From a virus (Duplodnaviria > Heunggongvirae > Uroviricota > Caudoviricetes): a stretch of DNA of 64,000 nt. The translations under genes and the position numbers were made by a program. Within the stretch, counting starts at the first letter, position 1; each line of letters begins with the position of its first letter. Positions 38,821 to 49,337 of the stretch are shown here, in pieces. The stretch is from IMG/VR virus record IMGVR_UViG_3300042922_001018; one strand, 5' to 3'. Under the pieces are notes generated by a model. It saw only the letters and a list, made by a program, of their open reading frames with translations, was not told where the DNA came from and searched no databases.

Positions 38821-41800
38821 ATGCTGCGAAAGTCATCTATCGCCCTCGGGGCCACTCTCACTCTTGTCGGTTCAATGATTGCACTGCCGGGCGTTGCCCT
38901 CGCAGCGCCGGGAGACGCCGTCTCCATCCCTGATACAAGCCTCCGCGAAGCCGTCAAGGCCGCGGTCGGCCACCAGCCTGACAACCTCGCCGACCCCACC
39001 GAGGGGGAGATGGCGTCCATCACCAACCTGAACCTGAGCGGTCGGAACGTCACCGACCTCACGGGTATCCAGTACGCGACGGCCCTCACCTCGCTCAACC
39101 TCTCCGGCAATGCGGTCACGGACATTACGCCGCTGACGACGTTGACGGGTCTGGTCACCTTGGACCTCTCGCTCACGCCGGTCACCACCATCGAGCCGCT
39201 CGCGGGCAAGACCGCTCTCGCCTCACTCGACCTGACCGCGACCAACTCCAACGAGACCGCCGCGGAGACGACCTTCTCGACCCTCACCGGTCTGGAGTTC
39301 CTCGACCTGTCCAGCACTGACCTCACCGAGGAGGCTGCCGCAGCGACCAGCGTCATCGAACTCATCATCGACGACAACCTCGCCACGAACCTGGACGGGT
39401 ACGAGGCGCTCACCAACCTGCGTGCGCTGTACGCAGACAACAACCCCTTCGAGAACCTCGACGGTCTGAAGGGCAAGAACCTCGACTACCTCGGGGCTGG
39501 CGTTACCCAGGTGCGTGACCTTTCCGGCATCACCGCCCAGAACGGTCGCGTGCTCACCGAGGTTCCGCTCTCTGCGGGCGTCGGCGAAGATGTGGACCTC
39601 ACGGTGACTGGCGTCGGAACCACAGGCCAGGTCGAGCTGTCCGTCGCCGCTGGCACCTACGACCCGGACGAGCAGACCGTCTCCTACCCGGCTGCGGGCG
39701 CGTTCCAGGCATCCTGGAACCAGCTTTCGGGTGAGTCCTTCCAGTTCACCGGCAACCTCAACATCGAGGTTGCCGCGACCGCCCCTTCGGGTGTTACGGA
39801 CTTCGATGTCTCTGGCCGCATCGCATCGGCCAACCTCAACTGGGCGCTTCCGAACACCAACGGCCTCGGCGACATCGACGAGTACACCATCGTGCTCTCC
39901 AACGATGGTTTCGTCACTTCCACCCAGGTCTCGGCACCGGGCGACGCAACGTCTCTCGTCATTCCGGACCTCGAAGGCGGCAACTACACCGCGCGCATCA
40001 CGTACACGACGACCGAAGGCGCGCTCTCCCCTGAGTCCACCGCCGCATTCACGGTCTACGCCGAGCCTTTCCCCGTTCCGGGCAATGTCGATGCCTCCTA
40101 CATCGAGGCGAGCGATTCGATTGGCTTCCGGTGGACCGGCGGTGCGCCCAGCTACATCCTGACGGTCACGGATGACATGGGTGAGACGACCGAGTTCACG
40201 GTCAACGACACCAGCATCACTATCCCTGCTTCCGAGTTCGCTGACCCGGCACGCCTGACATTCACCGTCGAAGCCGGTGACGACCAGGGGTCGCTCGGCG
40301 CCGTTTCTACCCCGACTGTCATCAACACGGAGACTGGCTACGTCGGCCCCGTGACTGTCGGCGCGGCTGTCACCAACGTCGTAGCTGGCGAGATGGACGC
40401 AGAGCGCATGGCCGTCCCGGTCAGCTTCGATGTCCCGGAGGGCACGCAGAACGTCCGCTACACCTACGACGGCGGCGCAGGCATCGGCCTTGTGACGGCG
40501 TTCGAGACGCTGGAAGCTGGCCCCAACACCATCTACATTCCGGTTCGGTCGGGCCAGGAGTACAGCGTCGTCATCGCCGCTCGCACCGAGAGCAGCGACT
40601 ATGTGGCCGCTCCCGCTGTTGAGTTCGAGGCTCCAGAACTCGGTTCTGTAACGGGCCTCGTCGGTACTCTCGGTGACGGCAACGTCACGCTGAACTGGAA
40701 CCCGGTCGCGGGCGCCGCAAGCTACGAGGTCACTGTGATTCTCGAAACGACACAGACCCCGGTCTTCATCCCGGTAGACGGAACGACCGCAACACTGACC
40801 TTCAGTGACTTCCCTGCGAACAACGAGCAGTACGAAATCGGTGTCCGCGCGGTGGACGCGAACGGCGGCAAGGGTCTCTTCTCCACTATCCTCGAAGTGA
40901 ACCCCGGCGCCGAGTACGTCGGCCCGAGCAACGGGATGCTCCCGGCGCCCACCAACCTCGCCAGCACCTACAACGCGGCAGACAACACGTTCACCTTCAC
41001 GTGGACGGGTGACGCGGCGGCTGACCGTTACATCCTCTCGATGAACGGCATGGATTACCTGGCGGACGAGCCGACTCTGACAGTTTCGGCCGGTGCCGCG
41101 GGTACCGAGTACGATGTCATCGTCTACCAGCGGGCTATCGGCGGGCAGTACGGCCCCGGTACCTCCATCGACGTGGTGACCCCGGATGACGGCCCTGTCG
41201 TTCCGAGTGAACTGAGCGGTGTCGTCGTGGACGGCGATGTCGTCGCTAGCTGGCCCGCAATCCCCGGCGCTGTCAGCTACGAAGTCGGTATCGGCGACCT
41301 CGACCGGAACTCGGGTGACCTCGTTCCCGTGGACGGCACTTCCGTCACTGTCCCGGACGGCGCTACGCGTACGTTCATCCTGACGGTGGCTGGTCTCAAC
41401 GCCGACGGCGAGCAGGTCCAGGGTACGAGCTACCAGGGCATCTGGAACGCTGGCGGGACCGAGTTCCTCGAACTGACCCCGCCGCCCGCAGGCATCGAGG
41501 TCGGCACTGTCACCGCCACTGACGAAGCGGTGACGGTCGATTGGGAAGCCATCGACGCCGACTTCTACCGCGTGATGGCGACCAACGGTACTGAGACCCT
41601 CGTCTCGCCGGTCCTGACCGGAGACGTGTCCTCCTACGCCTTCGACCGCGCAGCGTTCGCTCCTGGTTCGACCTGGACCTTCACGGTGACCGCGCGTGAC
41701 GCATCCTCCGTGTGGTCCGCGCCTGCCGGTGCTGAACTCGCCTTCCCCGCTGATGGCGGTTCGGGCGACGGCGGCTCCGGCGATGGTTCTGGTGACGGTG

Positions 41801-41994
41801 GCTCGGGTGATGGCTCCGGAGACGGCACTGGCGCCACTGCTGGTGACGCTACCGGTACCGACCCCATCAAGCAGTCCGGTGAAGGCGACCTGTCGCTTCT
41901 CGCCGGTGGCCTCCTGGTCGCCGCTGGCGCTGGCCTGATGGTCGCCCCGCTCGTCCGTCGCAAGAAGGGTCTGGCGGGCGCCAACGCCTCGTAA
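38821..41994 (+). CDS. Cell-wall-anchored surface protein with internalin-like LRRs and Fn3-like domains
   Basis: Signal peptide; IPDTSLREAV cap; LxxLNLSGN repeats; WxPVxGAxSYEV Fn3 motifs; GGSGD linker; IKQSG plus TM plus RRKK. Confidence 0.85.
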   Translation: MLRKSSIALGATLTLVGSMIALPGVALAAPGDAVSIPDTSLREAVKAAVGHQPDNLADPTEGEMASITNLNLSGRNVTDLTGIQYATALTSLNLSGNAVTDITPLTTLTGLVTLDLSLTPVTTIEPLAGKTALASLDLTATNSNETAAETTFSTLTGLEFLDLSSTDLTEEAAAATSVIELIIDDNLATNLDGYEALTNLRALYADNNPFENLDGLKGKNLDYLGAGVTQVRDLSGITAQNGRVLTEVPLSAGVGEDVDLTVTGVGTTGQVELSVAAGTYDPDEQTVSYPAAGAFQASWNQLSGESFQFTGNLNIEVAATAPSGVTDFDVSGRIASANLNWALPNTNGLGDIDEYTIVLSNDGFVTSTQVSAPGDATSLVIPDLEGGNYTARITYTTTEGALSPESTAAFTVYAEPFPVPGNVDASYIEASDSIGFRWTGGAPSYILTVTDDMGETTEFTVNDTSITIPASEFADPARLTFTVEAGDDQGSLGAVSTPTVINTETGYVGPVTVGAAVTNVVAGEMDAERMAVPVSFDVPEGTQNVRYTYDGGAGIGLVTAFETLEAGPNTIYIPVRSGQEYSVVIAARTESSDYVAAPAVEFEAPELGSVTGLVGTLGDGNVTLNWNPVAGAASYEVTVILETTQTPVFIPVDGTTATLTFSDFPANNEQYEIGVRAVDANGGKGLFSTILEVNPGAEYVGPSNGMLPAPTNLASTYNAADNTFTFTWTGDAAADRYILSMNGMDYLADEPTLTVSAGAAGTEYDVIVYQRAIGGQYGPGTSIDVVTPDDGPVVPSELSGVVVDGDVVASWPAIPGAVSYEVGIGDLDRNSGDLVPVDGTSVTVPDGATRTFILTVAGLNADGEQVQGTSYQGIWNAGGTEFLELTPPPAGIEVGTVTATDEAVTVDWEAIDADFYRVMATNGTETLVSPVLTGDVSSYAFDRAAFAPGSTWTFTVTARDASSVWSAPAGAELAFPADGGSGDGGSGDGSGDGGSGDGSGDGTGATAGDATGTDPIKQSGEGDLSLLAGGLLVAAGAGLMVAPLVRRKKGLAGANAS

Positions 41995-42008
41995 CACAAG
42001 CCCAACCG

Positions 42009-42045
42009 CACTGACCGCCCCGGCTATTTGTCGGGGCGGTCAGTG
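42009..42045 (+). terminator. Intrinsic terminator-like hairpin
   Basis: 14-bp IR CACTGACCGCCCCG / CGGGGCGGTCAGTG. Confidence 0.75.
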
Positions 42046-42087
42046 TTCGTTCAGCATCCCGAAAACCCCTGATAGACTGAAGCAGAA

Positions 42088-43800
42088 ATGACGAACCCCG
42101 CACCAGCCACCGGACTCCAGCGCCTCAAAGTGACCGCGCCGAATGGCATCAGCCTGGGCAACAAGTCCCAGATTGACAAGCTCATCGGAGTCGTGGAGAA
42201 GACGCATGGAACGGGCTGGCGCCTCGCATCGGTAGACGAGGAGAACCGCCAGCTCCACCTTACGCGTGTCTCCGAAGTGGTCAACCTGAAGAAGTCCGAG
42301 ACTCGCAAGGACGCCTTCGATGTGTCCCTGCCCCGTGAGTACAAGGCATCCGATGCCGAACGTGCCGCGGCCGAGCTGGAATCGAATCCCGACTACGCAG
42401 GGTATGTCATGACGGACTTCAACCCATTCCTTCACGTGGCTACTCTCACCCGTCTCTCGAAGGAAGAAATCGTCGCGCGCGGCTACCTTGCGCAGACGCT
42501 CGGCGTCAAGCCGTGGGACATCCAGGTGCAGTCCACCGCAGTAGGTGGATACGCGGTCAAGCTGCCTCGCCAGTACGTCCCGGCGAAGCATGACGACAAG
42601 CTCACTGAGGTCGTCGAGACAGCCGTCGGTGCGCCCGGCTGGTACATCCAGTTCAACCCGAAGGAACGCACCGCGGAAATCATCCCCGGCGACCTTCCGA
42701 CGTTCCCGGCCATGATTCCCTTCCCGCTCGCGAAGGCTCTGAAGTCTGGGGACAACGTATTGCAGTTCGGCGAGCGCCTCGGCCCGAACTCGAACTCGCC
42801 CGGTGGCCCCGCCATCATCGACTTCGACAGCGCGGCCCACAGTCTCCTCTCCGGTACATCCGGCTCGGGTAAGACGGTGACCATCAACGGCATGATTACG
42901 TGGCAGCTCCTCACCGGCCACGAACTCGTTGTCATCGACTTGCCGCACAAGGCGGTGGACTTCACGTGGTGCCGCGAGTTCGTACGCGACGGCGGCTGGG
43001 GCTGTGACTCGCTGGAAGCCAGCGTGGCAGCTCTGGAAATGGTGTACCGCGAGGGCATGGAGCGCGCGAAGATTCTGAAGGAACACGATGTCACGAAGGT
43101 GGATGAGCTGCCGAAGCACCTTCGGATGAAGCCCATCTTCGTCGTCGTGGACGAGCTGAGCGGTCTGCTCATCCTTGAAGAGGTGCCGAAGGGTCTCGCG
43201 AAGGACAACCCGATGGTGCTGGAAGCGAACCGTATCAACCTGCTGAAGCAGACGCTCCTGAACCGCATCAAGAAGATTGCGGCCGAGCTGCGATTCGTGA
43301 AGATTCGCCTCCTGCTCTCATCCCAGGTCTCCTCGACCGATACGGGCGTCCCCACATCCCTGCGCATGAACCTGGCGAACAAGATGCTTCAGGGCACGAA
43401 CCCGACGGACAACAACCGTCGCCTCGCGCTCTCTGACGCTCTCTCCGTACCGAAGGTGCCGACCCACGTCCGTGAAGACCCGAAGGCCGGTAAGGGTGTC
43501 GGTGTGGCCGAGCTGGAGGGTCAGACGCCTGCGGTGTACAAGGGCTACTACGCTCCTGTCTCCGAGTACAAGAAGGCTATCGAAGCGCGCGGCTGCAAGA
43601 AGACGATGCGCCCTGCTCCGACTCCGGAAGAGATTGCTCGCTTCACGCCGAGCATCGACGAGGAAGACGCGGCGAAGGGCTTCGGACGCCAGAAGCGCAC
43701 GCTAGAGCCGTGGGAGATGGACGCGGACGGCAGGCCGTTGTCCGGCTTCGAGCGCGCGAACGCAGCGAAGCACGCCGCGACGGTCGGCGCCCGCGGCTGA
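42088..43800 (+). CDS. FtsK/SpoIIIE-domain ATPase (no obvious TM)
   Basis: GTSGSGKT; VVVDE; ELRFVKIRLLLSSQ. Confidence 0.85.
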   Translation: MTNPAPATGLQRLKVTAPNGISLGNKSQIDKLIGVVEKTHGTGWRLASVDEENRQLHLTRVSEVVNLKKSETRKDAFDVSLPREYKASDAERAAAELESNPDYAGYVMTDFNPFLHVATLTRLSKEEIVARGYLAQTLGVKPWDIQVQSTAVGGYAVKLPRQYVPAKHDDKLTEVVETAVGAPGWYIQFNPKERTAEIIPGDLPTFPAMIPFPLAKALKSGDNVLQFGERLGPNSNSPGGPAIIDFDSAAHSLLSGTSGSGKTVTINGMITWQLLTGHELVVIDLPHKAVDFTWCREFVRDGGWGCDSLEASVAALEMVYREGMERAKILKEHDVTKVDELPKHLRMKPIFVVVDELSGLLILEEVPKGLAKDNPMVLEANRINLLKQTLLNRIKKIAAELRFVKIRLLLSSQVSSTDTGVPTSLRMNLANKMLQGTNPTDNNRRLALSDALSVPKVPTHVREDPKAGKGVGVAELEGQTPAVYKGYYAPVSEYKKAIEARGCKKTMRPAPTPEEIARFTPSIDEEDAAKGFGRQKRTLEPWEMDADGRPLSGFERANAAKHAATVGARG

Positions 43801-43846
43801 AGCTCCGCTATGGATGGGTAGCGACTCCCCGTGGTACCATGTTGGG

Positions 43847-44311
43847 ATGAGCAACCGTGACTTGTACTACGCCTCCGGCAGACAGCCTGTCCGTCTCCTC
43901 TTCGTTCTCATCCCGCTTCTTTTCGTTGGTGGCGGCGGGTTCATTCTCGGCGCTGGAGGCCTCCTCGCTTACCTCACCGGGGCAGGAAATCCGCTCGCAC
44001 CTTTCATTGTGCTACTCGTCGTCAGCGCAATCGCTGCTGTAGGCGCGGTCCTGACGCTGCGGAGGGTCCGGCGGTACCACCAGGCCTCGGAGGCCGCTCT
44101 CACGGCGTTTGCGGCAGAAGCCGGAGTCGTAGACCCGAACGGCGTATTGAAGCTCTCGACGGTTGTCCCCGAAGGCTATGAGCACCGCTTCGGCGGGGGT
44201 TCTGTTCTCCTCAACGGGCAACCCGTTATGGCAGAGTTGGTCTCCACGCGCGAGCGTATCGAGCTTCGAGTAGGGAACGGCTCACCGGCCGTCATCGCGG
44301 CGTTGGTCTGA
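43847..44311 (+). CDS. Family C-like membrane protein (divergent)
   Basis: TACCAT-N6-ATG; 2 TM; RFG..VMAELV..NGSP. Confidence 0.65.
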   Translation: MSNRDLYYASGRQPVRLLFVLIPLLFVGGGGFILGAGGLLAYLTGAGNPLAPFIVLLVVSAIAAVGAVLTLRRVRRYHQASEAALTAFAAEAGVVDPNGVLKLSTVVPEGYEHRFGGGSVLLNGQPVMAELVSTRERIELRVGNGSPAVIAALV

Positions 44312-44318
44312 GCGCGGC

Positions 44319-45083
44319 TCAGTCGATACGACGGTAGACGGTCTCGACGCCGTATTCAGACTTCGAGCTGATGACGATGTCGCCGCCACGGTCGAAGACT
44401 TCGTCGTCCGGGGTGATGGTCGCCTCGGAGCCGCTGTCCCACTTGATACGACCGTTCTTCGAAGAGACAACAGTACGGTCGTCCGCCATGCGAGCGGAGA
44501 CGCCACCGTTACGGTAGGTCTGTGTCGCCACGTCGTACCCAGCCTGTGAGACGACAGCGAACTTGGCACCCGGTTCGAAGCGACGGCCAGCTTCCGCCTT
44601 CGAGAGTGGCTTGTCGATGCGCTCGCGGTAGACGTAGTGGCTCGCGTCGGAGTAAAGCACGATGAGCGGGAGGTCAAGGCGCGCGGTCTTGAAGCCCTGA
44701 CTGGTCACCCAGTCGCCGTAGTTGAGGTCGTTCCACAGCTCTCCCGCAGGAATCGGCTCACCGATGTGCTCACCGCGCGCATTCAGCTCGGTCCAGTTCT
44801 CGTTGTCGAACTTCTGGTATCGGACCGGCTTCGGGTTCTCCACCTTGGGGTCAACGACGGTCAGGACAGAGGTACGAGGCGCGTCGAAAAACTCATCGTC
44901 GTCCGCTGGCTGAAGCGGAAGATACGGCCGCATCGGGCGGTCCCCACGGTCGAGGTCATTGTCCCAGCGGCTTGAAGCCCACGGGTTACCTGATGCGGCA
45001 AGGCTCACTTCAGGGGTGCCGCCAACCTTCTCCGAGAAGCGTCCAGCGTTATCTCGGGATACGTCCAGCTCATTGAAAGTCAT
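44319..45083 (-). CDS. Family A protein
   Basis: MTFNELDVSRDNAGRFSEKVG. Confidence 0.85.
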   Translation of the reverse strand: MTFNELDVSRDNAGRFSEKVGGTPEVSLAASGNPWASSRWDNDLDRGDRPMRPYLPLQPADDDEFFDAPRTSVLTVVDPKVENPKPVRYQKFDNENWTELNARGEHIGEPIPAGELWNDLNYGDWVTSQGFKTARLDLPLIVLYSDASHYVYRERIDKPLSKAEAGRRFEPGAKFAVVSQAGYDVATQTYRNGGVSARMADDRTVVSSKNGRIKWDSGSEATITPDDEVFDRGGDIVISSKSEYGVETVYRRID

Positions 45084-45090
45084 GCCCGCA

Positions 45091-45099
45091 TGTAGGCGG
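45091..45099 (-). promoter_or_regulatory. CCGCCTACA box
   Basis: 7 nt before ATG 45083. Confidence 0.8.
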
Positions 45100-45204
45100 C
45101 TACAGCCCCGCCAACACTATCTCACAACCGCCTTCGAAGAGGCTCCTGGACCTCGTTCACCTTCGGGAACCCTCTTTAGTAGGCTCAGGGAGAGAGGACA
45201 CGAA

Positions 45205-45756
45205 ATGGCATCAGTTCTAGTAGAAGACCGGGTTGGGCTTGACCCCACCGGCAACGAGTATGTCGCGGAGTACGCCGAGGTACCCCAGCGTGAGGACGGG
45301 TCGAAGTACCCATTCGCGCTCATCGCTCCGACCACACCAGGCACCGTATTTTCCGACTCCCTGACCGAACTCGTCGAAGGCATTATCGACGGGTACGACG
45401 AAGCGGAAGACGATGACGATGCCCTGTGGATGCGAGTCAACCACCTCGCTACCCTCGCGTGGCAGGCCCAGGCATCCACGCTCCTCCATGAAGGAGACCG
45501 AGCAGATTCTCCTGTTCGCTTCTTCGACGAGGACACCATCACGGCGGTCTTCGCGGACAAGCTCGACATCCTCGACTTCGAGGAGTGGGCGGTCCAGTAC
45601 CCGCTCTTCCTCCTCACGACTTCCTATGCTCCGTACACTCAGGCTCCGCGCCCGAAGGGCGAGTGGATTGTCTGGCTCGACCCGTACACCGAGCGGACGT
45701 ACCTCGAAGCTCTGGCGCACCTCGGTTACTGCGAAGTCGTCGTCCTCGAAAACTGA
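45205..45756 (+). CDS. Hypothetical acidic protein
   Basis: GAGG SD; MASVLVEDR. Confidence 0.75.
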   Translation: MASVLVEDRVGLDPTGNEYVAEYAEVPQREDGSKYPFALIAPTTPGTVFSDSLTELVEGIIDGYDEAEDDDDALWMRVNHLATLAWQAQASTLLHEGDRADSPVRFFDEDTITAVFADKLDILDFEEWAVQYPLFLLTTSYAPYTQAPRPKGEWIVWLDPYTERTYLEALAHLGYCEVVVLEN

Positions 45757-45792
45757 CTTGTCGTACGGGGCGACGCCTGGTAGCCTTGCCCC

Positions 45793-46182
45793 GTGAGCTT
45801 CCTGTGGCTGCAAGTCCGTCTCGTGGACATCTTGACATTCAAGCTGTCCAACGCGCGCTGCGCCTACGTTCACCGGCAAATCGTTGAGAACCAGCCAGGT
45901 GGCTGGTGGGTCGTAGATACCATCGGCTTCAAGAAGGAGGCTCGCTTCCTGCGGGCCTTGGACCGAGAAGCCCTCGACTCGTACGCCGCTGCCGGGGCTA
46001 TCATCGCGTCTCGGTTGCCGTTCACGGCTGATGGCGCGTCCCTCGGCCGCTCGCTCAGAGCCATCCATGCATCCGGGTCATCTATCAGCGCAGGGCTAGA
46101 AGTCTTCCGGGTTCTCAGCCCAGAGAAAGCATGCGCTGTCCTCGAAGATGGTGTGCCCCTCGAATACATCCACGCGTTCTGA
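45793..46182 (+). CDS. Family B protein
   Basis: TAGCCT-N6-GTG; ends DGVPLEYIHAF. Confidence 0.7.
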   Translation: MSFLWLQVRLVDILTFKLSNARCAYVHRQIVENQPGGWWVVDTIGFKKEARFLRALDREALDSYAAAGAIIASRLPFTADGASLGRSLRAIHASGSSISAGLEVFRVLSPEKACAVLEDGVPLEYIHAF

Positions 46183-46231
46183 CTGGACACCCTTCCGCTC
46201 GCGTGGTACTGTGGCATCGAATGGAGGCGCG

Positions 46232-47005
46232 ATGACTGACTACGCGAAGGTGTACGGGTACGACCCGCACACGTCCAGCAAGGTAATGCCTGTCGCGCTG
46301 GCATCCATCATCGTTGCGGTTATCAGTCTGTGCGTAACCGCTGTCGCGTTCGCCAATGCGGAGGCTGTTGGTGCGCTCACCGCCCCCATCGCCGTCACCG
46401 CGTTCGTATTCGCATTGCAGGCTGACAACATCGACCCCATCGGCCGAACCCTGGCGTACCGCATCCCGCTCCGATACCGCGAAGTCGTGCGGAAGGGATA
46501 CAACTACGGGTGGCGAGACCACTTCAAAACGAGTCCGCGCGCTGCCGTGTTCGCGAAGTCGATGATTGTCGCCGACCACGCTGAGTTCACCATCAACAGC
46601 GAGAAGACAGGTGGAGGCGGGAGGACGAGCGCTGCTGGCGTACGGTTCTGGGGCTTCTTCCACGACGACAACGAGCGAGAACTCAACCCGTTCTTCGCAT
46701 CCTGGAAGGCAGCTCGCTCCCTTGACGCGGACGAAATCCCCTGGGACGAGATGCCGAAGCTCTTGGCGTTCGCTGCCGACGCGAGTCGCTTTATCGCTTC
46801 CCGTGACCCCGAGGATGCTCGGACCCTCACGGAAATCACTCTTGCATGGCACAAGTCGGGAATGTCCGCAGAAGACGCTCTCGGCATCATCGACCGCTAC
46901 CCTCTCGCACTGGCAAAGATGCTTCTCGCGGGTGTTCCTCTAGAGTACGCTATGACGCTCACGGACACCGTCCCTGGGGTAACCGGCATCGACAACCTAT
47001 GGTAG
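46232..47005 (+). CDS. Family B protein with N-terminal TMs
   Basis: GGAGG SD; ends AGVPLEYAMTL. Confidence 0.75.
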   Translation: MTDYAKVYGYDPHTSSKVMPVALASIIVAVISLCVTAVAFANAEAVGALTAPIAVTAFVFALQADNIDPIGRTLAYRIPLRYREVVRKGYNYGWRDHFKTSPRAAVFAKSMIVADHAEFTINSEKTGGGGRTSAAGVRFWGFFHDDNERELNPFFASWKAARSLDADEIPWDEMPKLLAFAADASRFIASRDPEDARTLTEITLAWHKSGMSAEDALGIIDRYPLALAKMLLAGVPLEYAMTLTDTVPGVTGIDNLW

Positions 47006-47014
47006 GCTAGTACA

Positions 47015-49288
47015 GTGACAGACGATACGGAACGCGAAGAACAGACTGACGCCCACTTCACCATCGAACTCCTGGCGCGAGCGGTCCAGCTTGCGACAGG
47101 CAACGACGACGCTGGACCTCGTGAGGGCCAGGCGGCGTTCACGAAGAACGTGGCGAACGCCATGACTCTCGGCGGTGAAGGCGAAGTCGTCGGCATCATG
47201 CCGACCGGTACGGGTAAGTCGTTCGCCGCCCTCTCGACGGCAGCGGCACGTGCCGTGCGTCACCGCGAGCGTTCCGTCATCTCCACCGAGTCGCTTTCGC
47301 TCCAGGCCCAGTACGCGGAGAAGGACGCTCCGACCATGCAGGCGGCGGTCCTCGACCTCACCGGCTACGAACTCGACGTGGCCGTGATGAAGGGCTTCTC
47401 GAACTACGTCTGCGGACAGCGCGCCGCTATGAGTGCCAAAGCCGCCCTCAGCCTGGACAGTGCGCCGGTCACGGCGAAGCAGCTTCGCGACGCCGCAGAG
47501 CGCCTCTTCAAGGGCGAAGGTACGCCCGCCCCTCTCATGGAAGAACTCGGCGCCGACGGCGATACAGTTCTGCCGCTGGTGGAGTGGGCGCTCGGGCAGC
47601 ACTTCGGTCCTGAGACGGAAGAGGTCGGTGACCGCTTCTCGTACGAGGGCAAGATGACCGGCCGCGACTGGAATGCCGTCAGCATTTCGTCTGCGGACTG
47701 CATCGGCAAGGAGTGCCCGCTTCGTGATGTCTGCAAGGTCGTCAAGTCTCGTGAGCACGCGCGCAACGCCGACATCGTCATCACGAACCACTCGATTCTC
47801 GCCGTCCAGGCTGCGAACAACATCCCAGTTCTCATTGGCAACCCGAACCTGAAGCGTGAGAGCGACGAGGAGGGCTTCAAGCACCTCATCGTGGACGAGG
47901 CGCACACGCTCCCTGGCCAGGTCCGCGCGCAGGGTTCCAACGAACTCTCCGGCGGCAAGGTCATCAGCGCGGCCCGTGCGGTCAGTCGAGTCATCGACGA
48001 CGCGGCCTGGGTGAAGCGTGGTGAGCAGCTCGCCGAACTGGTCGAGCAGCAGATTTCGCAGCTCTCGGGCGGCAAGGACGAGCGCAAGCTGGTCGTCGAA
48101 GATGACCCGATGCTGGCCCCGCTCGCTGGCGCCGCGAAGGCGTGGGCGAAGGAGGGAACGTCGTTCCTGAAGATTGCCACGACCTCGTCGGTTCCTGAGG
48201 TGCGCATCCGTGCGAACCGTGCGAACAACGCACTGACGATGCTGGTCGCTGCGGCGGAGAACATCGCGGAGTACAAGGCGGGGGTCGCTCGCTGGATTGA
48301 GCGTCCGTCGTACGGCGGACCGAAGCGTGGCGCTCAGTGGCACGTTGCTCACGCCTCCCCTGTCGATGTCTCGAACGCCATCAAGAACTCGCTCTGGAAC
48401 ACCCCGGTTCGACCCGACAAGGATGGCGTCTTCCCGGATGCTGACCCCATCACCGGCATCGTGATGAGCGCTACGCTCCCGTCACGCTTCGGTATGCAGG
48501 TCGGCATGGAAGTCCAGGAGAAGGACTACCCGAGTCCGTTCGACACGGCATACGGTTCGTCCGTCCTCTACATCCCCCGCGCAGACAACCCGGTGGACAT
48601 CGGAGAACTCGGCGCGCCGAACCGTTGGAGTGGTAAGACCACTTTCGACACGAAGAAGCACGCCCTCTGGGCCGCTGAGCACATCGTCGAGCTGTGCCAG
48701 GCGAACGGTGGTGCCGCGCTCGTCATCGGTGCAACAGGCGACAACGCTCGCCTGTACGCGGACATGCTGCGCATGAAGACGAACCTTCGGGTACTCTCCC
48801 AGTGGGACGGTGAAGGTCTTCGTCAGCTCATGGACGAATGGCGCGAAGATGAGAACTCGGTTCTCGTTGGAACCCGTTCGCTCATGACGGGTGTGGACGC
48901 ACCGGGCCAGACCTGTTCCCTGGTCATCCTGGACCGTCCGCCGCGCTCGGCCGGTAACCCGGTGGACGACGCTCGTGTGGACGCGCTCACTCAGCGCCTC
49001 GGTGACAAGTGGGCGGCAGACCGTTACGTCTACGTCGCGGATGCCACCGCCCTCACTGAGCAGGCCGCTGGTCGTCTCATCCGTTCGGTCAGCGACCACG
49101 GCATGTTCGCGCTCCTGGACCCGCGGCTGCTGAAGGTCGGCACCTACAAGTACCCGGCCCCGACCCGCGACCTCTACATGAAGTCAGTTCGCCGGTTCGA
49201 CAACAAGATGGCGGGCAAGGAAGAGTCGCGTGCATGGCTTCGCGCTCAGCAGGCGTCGCGGATGACGGACAACTCCGACGCCCTCTAA
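47015..49288 (+). CDS. dinG: DinG-family ATP-dependent helicase
   Basis: REGQ; PTGTGKS; KGFSNYVC; Cys cluster; VITNH; IVDEAH; MSATL; GVDAPG; QAAGRLIR. Confidence 0.9.
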   Translation: MTDDTEREEQTDAHFTIELLARAVQLATGNDDAGPREGQAAFTKNVANAMTLGGEGEVVGIMPTGTGKSFAALSTAAARAVRHRERSVISTESLSLQAQYAEKDAPTMQAAVLDLTGYELDVAVMKGFSNYVCGQRAAMSAKAALSLDSAPVTAKQLRDAAERLFKGEGTPAPLMEELGADGDTVLPLVEWALGQHFGPETEEVGDRFSYEGKMTGRDWNAVSISSADCIGKECPLRDVCKVVKSREHARNADIVITNHSILAVQAANNIPVLIGNPNLKRESDEEGFKHLIVDEAHTLPGQVRAQGSNELSGGKVISAARAVSRVIDDAAWVKRGEQLAELVEQQISQLSGGKDERKLVVEDDPMLAPLAGAAKAWAKEGTSFLKIATTSSVPEVRIRANRANNALTMLVAAAENIAEYKAGVARWIERPSYGGPKRGAQWHVAHASPVDVSNAIKNSLWNTPVRPDKDGVFPDADPITGIVMSATLPSRFGMQVGMEVQEKDYPSPFDTAYGSSVLYIPRADNPVDIGELGAPNRWSGKTTFDTKKHALWAAEHIVELCQANGGAALVIGATGDNARLYADMLRMKTNLRVLSQWDGEGLRQLMDEWREDENSVLVGTRSLMTGVDAPGQTCSLVILDRPPRSAGNPVDDARVDALTQRLGDKWAADRYVYVADATALTEQAAGRLIRSVSDHGMFALLDPRLLKVGTYKYPAPTRDLYMKSVRRFDNKMAGKEESRAWLRAQQASRMTDNSDAL

Positions 49289-49290
49289 GC

Positions 49291-49335
49291 AACGCGAGAG
49301 CCGCCCCGAAACCTTCTCGGGGCGGCTCTCGCGTT
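49291..49335. terminator. Inverted repeat between convergent genes
   Basis: 19-bp IR AACGCGAGAGCCGCCCCGA / TCGGGGCGGCTCTCGCGTT. Confidence 0.8.
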
Positions 49336-49337
49336 CT

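Noticed and set aside
41755-41830. GGSGDG repeat as a separate repeat element
   Set aside because: Ordinary low-complexity linker before the wall anchor
39223-41997. 924-aa minus-strand ORF
   Set aside because: Antisense shadow of the surface protein gene
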